Assembly: GCA_048128005.1 (NCBI GenBank)
Contig: JBEUKZ010000049.1
Span: 1 to 64,000, forward strand
Length of the DNA: 64,000 nt
Source: Veleropilina oligotropha
Lineage: Eukaryota
Direction: 5' to 3'
The notes under the pieces: model-generated
Database searches by the model: none
What the model was told of the DNA's origin: nothing
What the model saw: only the letters and a program-made list of their open reading frames with translations
Part shown: positions 51,971 through 60,611 of the stretch, piece by piece
Layout: each line of letters starts with the position of its first letter
Position numbering within the stretch: the first letter of the stretch is position 1
Made by a program: the position numbers and the translations under genes

Positions 51971-52589
51971 AATATTCAGGCCACTGTCCCTTTAATAATA
52001 ATTATATTTAAACAAAGAGGCTCGAAAGCCAAGAAACTATATCTAAAAATAAGTTTCTGGTCGGCGACTATTGTTTCCTACGAAACGGTGGCCGCCGCCG
52101 AGAGAACAAAGGCTTTGCGTGCTGCCTTTAGATGTAGATTTCAGCGCTACGCAAAGCCTAATGTGAACCGCTAAAAGCCCGGATGTTAATTTTAATTCAC
52201 CAAAACCACTTTTCACCAAAACCAAGTGGTTTTGGTGAATAAAACCCGAAATAAATAAATATAACCTTAGCGGTTCGTTAATAAATACTATAATATATGT
52301 ATAGAGTGTATTTGGAGGGTGTCGCTGGTGAAATTAGCGACCCAAAAGTGTTGATACGAAACCACACTAGCAGGAGATAACTCTCGCTAGTGATCTGTTT
52401 ACAACACTTTTGAGAAACTTCTACCTCCAAATACACAAAATTGAAATTAAATTTTACAAAATCAACCTAGCGGTTGTTATGTATACGTCTTTATACAACC
52501 TGACAACTGTAAACTAGAGTTGTAAGGTTGAAAATAAAGAATTAATATTTAAATAGTCGAGAGCGCCAGAAAACACGTCCGACGAGGTG

Positions 52590-52961
52590 TCTATCTATAT
52601 ATCTATATATCTATATATAAAAGAGTAGAGTCTGTCTGTCTGTCTGTCTGTCCGCTATCTCCTCCATAACCACTTGGCCGATCCTCACCCAAAGTTTGCA
52701 TGTCCACTAAGGGTACCCACGGGATGATCTTGGCGGCAAATTTTTTTTACAAATTTTGAAGACAAAAAATTCCCCAAAAAAACATTTTTACAATTTTAAT
52801 TTTAGGCGAAAATATAAATTTTGCAAATTTTATGCTATTTGTAGTTGCTGCAAAATAAAGCAAAAAATTGTCAATTAATATGAGGGGCGAAGCCCCTCCA
52901 CTTGAGGCCGCAGGCCCCACGACGCTGAATTAGAGCTCCCGAAGGGAGCTCAATTCAGCTA

Positions 52962-52962
<1 letters not shown>
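52590..52962 (+). mobile_element. Non-autonomous Helitron
   Basis: 5' TCTATCTATATA..., (GTCT)n, 3' hairpin GAGCTCCC-GAA-GGGAGCTC, then CTAG followed by T. Confidence 0.8.

Positions 52963-53000
<38 letters not shown>
52963..53000. repeat. (TA)n microsatellite
   Basis: Pure TA run. Confidence 0.97.
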
Positions 53001-53004
<4 letters not shown>

Positions 53005-56000
53005 AAAAGGTGGAGGAGGCTCCCCTTTAAGAAAGTAGGAGTGACTGAAGTGAGAATGCCCAATCCTCAGTCTGGCCAAGACCACCTCCTCTCGCCGAGT
53101 TGTTCTGCAAGAAGAGGTTGGACATTCTGCAGTTTATTCCTTGTGCATTCACTCCAAGAGTGCTGCCAAGTAGAATTTATATATTTGTTTATGCTTTGTT
53201 TAAAATCTGAGTGTGGTAGTTTACAATTTAGTATATTGTTAAAATGTGAGGCTGCCTTGGCAGCTTGGTCAGCCTTCTCATTGACTTGGATACCGATATG
53301 GCTCGGTATCCAGCATAAAACAATGTCATTGTCAGGTAAAAGGTTGTTATAGTTTAATAAAATTTCCTGAACAATAACATTTTTATTCATCTCCCTCAGT
53401 GCTTGTAAGCTAGAGAGGGAGTCTGAATAGATAATAAAACGCCGTTTAGTACTTGTAAAGATAAAATTAAGAGCAAGATCGATTGCTTTTAGTTCTGCAG
53501 TATATATAGTCGCGCTGCCTGGCAGTCGGTTTTGAAAACATTGTCTGCCAGTGACAGCGGCTGCTCCTACTAATTCTGCATCTTTTGAACCATCTGTGTA
53601 TATGCTTGCACGATCTGAATATTTTAATTTCAGATCGTGCACTTTTGTGAGATAATCTGATGTGTCTGTGTTTGATTTTTTGAGTGATGTAAGTTGTAGA
53701 TCAATTACCGGTACTTTTAGTGTCCATGGTGGAGTATCCGGAATGTGATTTGTTTTAATTTGACCTACATGTATGCCTGCGTTTTCTAGTGCTGGTTTTA
53801 TGCGGATGCCAAACGGTGCAATTTTGTTTGGTTTTGCCTGAAATAGATTTTCGTAATTTGGTGTATAGACAGTTTCGAAAGCTGGGTTAGATGGATTTGA
53901 TTTTAATTTTATTGCATATTGTAGTGATAGTTTTTCACGTCTGAGTGTAAGAGATGGTTCATTGGCTTCGACGTAGAGGCTCTCCATGGGTGATGTGCGA
54001 AAAGCCCCTAATGCAAGTCGAAGCCCTTGATTATGGATTGGATCAAGCATTTTAAGATATGAATGGCGAGCAGAGCCATATACTATGCTCCCATAATCAA
54101 GTTTTGATCTAATTAATGATCTATATAGTCATAATAAAACTGTTTTATCAGCACCCCATTCAGTATTAGAAACTACTTTCATTATATTTAAAGCTTTTTT
54201 ACATTTAGCTTTAATGTATTTTAAATGCGGTATGAAAGACAGTTTTCGGTCAAATACAAGGCCTAAAAATTTTAATTCGTCTACCACTGGAATCTCAAAG
54301 TCATCCAGCTTCAACACAGGGTCGTCATGTATTTCACGACGCTGGCAGAAGTGCATGCATTTAGTTTTGTCCTTTGAGAATTTAAATCCATTCTCATCGG
54401 ACCATATCTGTAATTTATTTAGGCCATGTTGTAGCTGGCGTTCTATACTGTTCATATTTGTTGAACGATAGCAAATGCCAAAATCGTCAACAAACAATGA
54501 ACAGTCAGTGCCAGTACTAATACATTTGACGATACTGTTTATTTTAATACTGAATAGGGTGACTGATAAAATACTTCCTTGAGGGACACCCATCTCCTGG
54601 TCGTGGATATCGGAGAGGGTGTCACCCACCTTAACTTGAAAATTTCTATCCTCAAGGAATTTCGAAATAAAATTGGGCAAGTGGCCCTTTAAACCAAAAT
54701 CAAACAAATCCTTCATAATCCCGTACTTCCAAGTAGTGTCGTAGGCCTTCTCTAGATCGAAAAAAACAGCAACTAAATGTTGTCTGTTTAGGAAGGCCTC
54801 ACGAACAAACGTTTCCAGACGTACCAAGTGATCTGTGGTGCTCCGGTTGCGCCGGAACCCACATTGATATTCTGTAAGTAAATTATTTGATTCTAAGTAC
54901 CAAACTAATCTCTCGTTTATCATCCTTTCCATGGTTTTACAAATACAACTCGTCAGGGCTATGGGTCGATAACTGTTGGGATGTGATGTATCTTTTCCCG
55001 CCTTTGCAATTGGGATAATTGTAGCTTCCCTCCACGAGGGAGGGAAGGTTCCAGTTTCCCAGATAGTATTGAATATTGCAAGTAGAGTTGTAAGTGATGT
55101 TCCGGGTAAGTGCTTAAGTAATTGATAGTGAATGTCATCAGGGCCAACTGATGTGTCATGTGCCTTGTTTAGTGAATCTGTGAGTTCCTTGTGTGAAAAT
55201 GGCTGATTGTATGACTCTGTATTGTTTGATATAAAATTGAGCCTTGTTTTTTCTTTTTGATGCTTAAAACGGCTGAATTTTGGAGTGCAGTTGTCGGATG
55301 ATGAATTGGCAGAAAATGTGTCTGCCAAGGTGTTTGCGATGTCATTAGCTGTGTTGGCTTCTGAATTGGTTGTTTTAAGGTGCTTGATGCAGTTGGGTGT
55401 ATGCTTGCCGCTGATTTTACGGATCATATCCCATGTTTTTTTAATAGTGGAACGAGAGTTTAGTTTGGTAATGTAGGAATGCCAGGATTCCCGTTTGCTT
55501 TGCTTGATGGTACGTCTGGCTTTTGCTCTTAATAGCCTAAAGCTATTAAGATTGTGTAGTGTTGGGTGCTGTTTAAATGTTGAAATTGCATGTATGCGTG
55601 CTTTGATTGCTTGTCTGCAGTCTTCATTAAACCAAGGTTTATTTTTGTGTTTGGCATTTGGACAGGTTTTTGGAATTGATAGCGTTGCAATGTCATGTAA
55701 TGTTATAGAGAAACTTGATATTGGGTCTTCGCCATTAGTAAAGTTGTCTGGGTGTAATTGCTCATCGCAAAGAGATTGGAATTTTGTCCAATCTGCTTTG
55801 CGAAGTTTCCACCTTTCAGTGTATATTTGTGCTTGGTTAATTGTGCTTTCCAGGAAAATTGGAAAGTGGTCGCTTCCGCGGAGGTCCTCACCAACTTTCC
55901 AAGTAAAGTCCAGGAAAGCAGATGGGTCGCACATGGTAAGGTCAATGGTGGTAAGCGAGCCTGTAGGTGGATGCATGTATGTTGGCGATTTGGTAGTATT

Positions 56001-56307
56001 AAATAGGCACAAATTGTGTCTCCCAATAAAGTCCTCTATTTGGTGTCCCCGTTTATCTGTGTCAGTACCGCCCCAATCAGTACTATGGGCGTTAAAATCG
56101 CCACACAGTACAAATGGGGTCGGTAGCTGATCGATGAGATCGTCAAGGTCAGTAGGATGTATGTTTATGCTAGGTGGTAAGTATACCGAGCAAATAGTTA
56201 TTACTCGGTGAGTCGATATTTTCACCGCTACTGCCTGTAAGTTGGTGTTCAAGTTGACCTGACTGTGTGGTGTTCTATTGTTGATGATTATTGAAACCCC
56301 CCCTGTA

Positions 56308-57558
56308 TTTGATTTGATTTGATTTGATGTTTAACGACCACGCCGACACTAATGGTCATAATCGGGTCGGTCAAGTTAATTATACAATAGTTTAATATAA
56401 AAAGTTAAAAGTTGAGATATATATTTACTAATAAAATATCAATGCAATAAACATATGTGATAAATAATAAAAACAATTCAATATATTTACAAGTAAAATA
56501 AACACAATGCAAATTTGGATAAAAATAAGATCAAATGTTTGCTAAAAACGAGTATAATAATAAAATAGTATAATAAAATAAAATAAATTTATGTATAATT
56601 TAGTCATAAAGGAAATAAAAGTATAAATAAAATTATAACTTATGGAAAATATTTACCTGTTTTAAAAATTCAAATACGGCTTCGAGCTTATTAAGATTAA
56701 ATAACTCTTGGAGTGAATTTGCCCTAAAATACATTTGGCGTGCGAGATCCAAATCGACACAATCCAATAATATATGTTTAATTGTTAGGGCAGTTGCACA
56801 AGGAATACACTCAGGTGGAGGCTCCCCTTTAAGCAAGTAGGAGTGAGTGTAGTGAGAATGCCCAATTCTCAGTCTGGCCAAGACGACCTCCTCTCGCCGA
56901 GATCGCCTGCAAGAGGGTCCCCAGTCACCAAGAAGAGGTTGGACATTCTGCAGTTTATTCCTTGTGCATTCACTCCAAGAGTGCTGCCAAGTAGAATTTA
57001 TATATTTGTTTATGCTTTGTTTAAAATCTGAGTGTGGTAGTTTACAATTTAGTATATTGTTAAAATGTGAGGCTGCCTTGGCAGCTTGGTCAGCCTTCTC
57101 ATTGCCTTGGATACCGATATGGCTCGGTATCCAGCATAAAACAATGTCATTGTCAGGTAAAAGGTTGTTATAGTTTAATAAAATTTCCTGAACAATAACA
57201 TTTCTATTCATCTCCCTGAGTGCTTGTAAGCTAGAGAGGGAGTCTGAATAGATAATAAAACGCCGTTTAGTACTTGTAGAGATAAAATTAAGAGCAAGCT
57301 CGATTGCTTTTAGTTCTGCAGTATATATAGTCGCGCTGCCTGGCAGACGGTTTTGAAAACATTGTCTGCCAGTGACAGCGGCTGCTCCTACTAATTCTGC
57401 ATCTTCAGTAGGATGTATGTTTATGCTAGGTGGTAAGTATACCGAGCAAATAGTTATTACTCGGTGAGTCGATATTTTCACCGCTACTGCCTGTAAGTTG
57501 GTGTTTAAGTTGACCTGACTGTGTGGTGTTCTGTTGCTAATGATGATTGAACCCCCCC
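56308..57558 (-). mobile_element. LINE copy F, internally deleted, nested in copy E
   Basis: New (TCAAA)n tail at 56308; jump from RNase H to EN at 57405; CCCCCCCTGTA at 56297-56307 and 57559-57569. Confidence 0.78.
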
Positions 57559-57814
57559 CCCCCCCTGTAGCCTTGTCACCTGTGGTGACAATGTGATTAT
57601 ATAGTGAGTGGTCTTTAATGCGGATGTTGTCTGTGAGTTTCATGTAAATTTCATTGAGACAAAATGCTATAGGTTTGTGGTCTTGTATTAGTAAATTGAT
57701 CTCATCAATATTCGGTTTGATGCCTCTACAATTCCATTGTATTAGTGTACCTGTCATGTTGTGTTGTTGGTGTATTTATCTAGTAATTTGTGTATATTGC
57801 TTTGCTATAATTTA

Positions 57815-59317
57815 CTACTTGTTTGGTGGAAGTACTGGCTTTTTTGAAGGTTTTGGCTTTGCCGGTGGCTGATCCAATGGTCGATCGTCATCCATTGGAT
57901 CTTCGACAGCAGGTGGTGGTTGGGGTGGATCATCCACCACCTTAGTCTGTCGGGTAAGCTTTACTTTGACAGCTGCTGCTGCTGCCTTCCTACCCTTCTC
58001 GGTAGCAGCAGCAACTATGTCGGCGGCAAGGTCGTTGATGATGGTGTCAGGATCGCTTTGGTCATCTGATGGTTCGATGGTATCCATCAGATGGTCAAAG
58101 CGATTATGCAGCTTAATTGGGTCCTCGGACCCTTTGGGCTGTCTGTTAGGCTTTAATGTTTGTTTCTTAGAGACTGCTGGTTTAGAAGCAGCAGCAGTCT
58201 CTTTTGTCAAGTTGCGAGTAGGTTTATGTGTAGGCTTGATAGGTTTCATAGGTCTTGTTGTTTGTGTTTCTGATGATGACGATGCTAAATTGTTTCGCGA
58301 TGGTAGAGTACTGCAAAAAGCTGCGCCAAATGGCCAGGTGATATCCGTTTGGGTCGAGGAGGATCGAGTGACTGGTCTCTGCTCCGTTGGTGTGGCAACT
58401 GCGGCGTAGGATCTACCCGAAGTAGTCCTGGATTCAACCAGTTTCCTAGCATCAGGGAAAGAGATCCGGTCGATGGTTTTGACCCTTTGGATCTCTTTCT
58501 CATGCTTCCACTTCGGGCAGTCCTTGGAGTAAGCGAAATGCTTACCCCTGCAATTGCTACATAGAGGTGGATTGGAGCAGGAGTCACTCTCATGACCCTC
58601 CTCGCTACATCGAGCACATGCGGGATTCCTTCTGCATCGGTCCTTGTGATGCCCAAATGACTGGCATTTGAAGCATCTCAAGGGGTTTGGAATGTAGGGC
58701 TCTACAGGGATGTTAATATAACCTGCTTTAACATACTTTGGAAGTACTGGAAGGCGGAAGTCCAGGATGATGGTGTTAATGGGGACTTTCTTCCCATCCT
58801 TGAACATTGTCAGGCGTGTAACCTTCGTTACACCCTGACTCGACATGCCTTCCAGCAGTTCGGGTTCACTGCATCCCTGCAGGTCCCTAGATCTAATTAC
58901 TCCCTTGGAGCTATTCAAAGACCGATGCGGTCTGACTTCGACTGGAATGTTAACAAATTTGTCAGAACGAAGCAGATTCTCCGCATGGCTCTTCCTGGCG
59001 CATTCCACCAGTAGGGTGCCATCTCGAAGTTTCTTAACGGATCGAGGTTCGCCTGCAAGGCCGAGGATGGCCTTGGAGATAGCGAACGGACTCAAGGAAG
59101 TAATTGGAGTGTTTGAGTTCAATGCCTCGATCGTTAAGAAACGGGGCCAACTTTCCGGTACAGGTGGAGGAGGATTAGGCCGATATGGGGCCTCTCTCTC
59201 AGGATCATATGGTATTGACCGGAAAGCGGCCATAAATTTAGCATCATCATCAGAATCATTGTCAGTATACGAGTCTTTACGTCGTTTAGCTGCGTGAGTG
59301 TGGTGTTTATGTGTCAT
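57815..59317 (-). CDS. Intact LINE ORF1, 500 aa, three zinc knuckles
   Basis: Uninterrupted. Start chosen by homology to the MAH... starts of copies A, B and C. Confidence 0.88.
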   Translation of the reverse strand: MTHKHHTHAAKRRKDSYTDNDSDDDAKFMAAFRSIPYDPEREAPYRPNPPPPVPESWPRFLTIEALNSNTPITSLSPFAISKAILGLAGEPRSVKKLRDGTLLVECARKSHAENLLRSDKFVNIPVEVRPHRSLNSSKGVIRSRDLQGCSEPELLEGMSSQGVTKVTRLTMFKDGKKVPINTIILDFRLPVLPKYVKAGYINIPVEPYIPNPLRCFKCQSFGHHKDRCRRNPACARCSEEGHESDSCSNPPLCSNCRGKHFAYSKDCPKWKHEKEIQRVKTIDRISFPDARKLVESRTTSGRSYAAVATPTEQRPVTRSSSTQTDITWPFGAAFCSTLPSRNNLASSSSETQTTRPMKPIKPTHKPTRNLTKETAAASKPAVSKKQTLKPNRQPKGSEDPIKLHNRFDHLMDTIEPSDDQSDPDTIINDLAADIVAAATEKGRKAAAAAVKVKLTRQTKVVDDPPQPPPAVEDPMDDDRPLDQPPAKPKPSKKPVLPPNK

Positions 59318-60525
59318 AGTTGTATTGTAGTGTTTCATCACCCGAGGTCCCCACCCACCCCGGAGCCCAACAAGGGGGCATTTGACAGGTGTGGAGTTTT
59401 TTTACCGATCGAGGTTCGCCCGCAAGGCCAAGGATGGCCTTGGAGATGGCGAACGGACTCAGAGAAGTGATTGGGGTACTTGAGTTAAGTGCCTCGATCG
59501 TCAAAAAACGAGGCCAGCTTTCCGGTACAGGAGGTGGAGGATTTGGCTTGTAAGGAGCCTCTATCTCCGGGTCGTATGGAATTGACCGGATAGCGGCCAT
59601 ATATTTAGCATCATCGTCGTCAGAATCAATTTCATCTTTATTTTTTCGCCTTTTAACTGCGTGAGTGTGGTGTGCCATATTGTGTGTTTTAGTGTTTCAT
59701 CACCCGAGGTCCCCGCCCACCCCGGAGCCCAACAAGGGGGCATTTGATGGGTGCGGAATTCCAGCACCCAATGCCAGGGATACCCGGGTGATATACTCAA
59801 ATAAGAGAATGAATATTAGTGGTGGGAAGTGCATATCCCACCATTCATTTCTCACTTGATTGACCCTTCAGCCACCGCCTTCTGGGATATAGATCAAAGA
59901 GTGGTATATGATCTATTGTATTAAATGAATTCAGATGTTAATGTATAATATATTAAATGTTATATTTAAATTATCCCAGGGCACGGCGTGACAAGCTGAT
60001 TGATCAGATAGGGCCTATCTGACCTCCCGTCTAGCTGAATCCGAGGCCAAAGTAGTGTGTTGCTTCAGCCGAGGCCGAAGCTCAACTACCAGGATCCTCT
60101 TCTCCAACATCACGGGTCGCCACCCACGGCAAACAGGTGGCTCCCATTTGGGGGGATATTACCCCTCTGCAGGGAGAGCAGTCGGCATATTCTAACCCCT
60201 AACCGACTGGGGGTGGTATATGATCTATTGTATTAAATGATTTCAGATGTTAATGTATAATATATTAAATGTTATTTTTAAATTATCCCAGGGCATGGCG
60301 TGACAAGCCGATTGATCAGATAGGGCCTATCTGACCTCCCGTCTAGCTGAATCCGAGGCCAAAGTAGTGTGTTGCTTCAGCCGAGGCCGAAGCTCAACTA
60401 CCAGGATCCTCTTCTCCAACATCACGGGTCGCCACCCACGGCAAACAGGTGGCTCCCATTTGGGGGGATCTTACCCCTCTGCAGGGAGAGCAGTCAGCAT
60501 ATTCTAACCCCTAACCGACTGGGGG

Positions 60526-60611
60526 GTCATGTAGAAACAGGCCAAACCTAATAGATGGGATGTCACGTAGAAACAGGCCAAACCTAATAGATGGATGGCA
60601 TGTAGAAACAG
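60526..60611. repeat. Resumed 35-39 bp minisatellite (about 2.4 units)
   Basis: Same consensus; lies between the copy A 5' end and the copy H tail. Confidence 0.93.

Larger units (their letters stand above)
45806..52586 (-). mobile_element. L1/Tx1-clade non-LTR retrotransposon, near full length
   Basis: Poly(A) tail (T run 45809-45836), ORF1, ORF2 and about 600 bp 5' UTR. No TSD recoverable. Confidence 0.92.
53008..59396 (-). mobile_element. LINE copy E (no 3' end; 5' UTR truncated), interrupted by copy F
   Basis: RNase H 53067-54050, EN-RT 54129-56307, resumes at about 57559 through ORF1 and a partial 5' UTR. Confidence 0.8.
42063..60214 (-). mobile_element. LINE copy C inserted in the 5' UTR of copy A; remnants 42063-44350, 45661-45805 and 59397-60214
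   Basis: TSD GGTATATGATCT (42051-42062, 60215-60226); tail at 42063; complete 5' end at 60214; middle lost or replaced. Confidence 0.85.
27192..60525 (-). mobile_element. LINE copy A (full-length I-group/Nimb-like) in pieces 27192-29683, 32663-33620, 39718-42062 and 60227-60525, hosting nested insertions
   Basis: The pieces are colinear once TSD-bounded inserts are removed. Tail at 27192, 5' end at about 60525. GTCATGTAGAAACA lies on both sides (27178-27191, 60526-60539). ORF1 and ORF2 are frameshifted. Confidence 0.88.

Noticed and set aside
52306..52436. Hammerhead ribozyme in the three-way junction
   Set aside because: No correctly placed CUGANGA/GAAA core on either strand.
17604..56307. 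Strict sequence-specific LINE target site
   Set aside because: The TSDs (TCACTCTGATTAA, TCCAGGAAAGCA, GGTATATGATCT, TCGTAGGCCTTCTCT, CCCCCCCTGTA) share no clear consensus outside the minisatellite.
60504..60516. Telomere-like CTAACCCCTAACC at LINE 5' ends
   Set aside because: Only about two imperfect units inside the terminal stem-loop; no telomeric array or telomere targeting seen.
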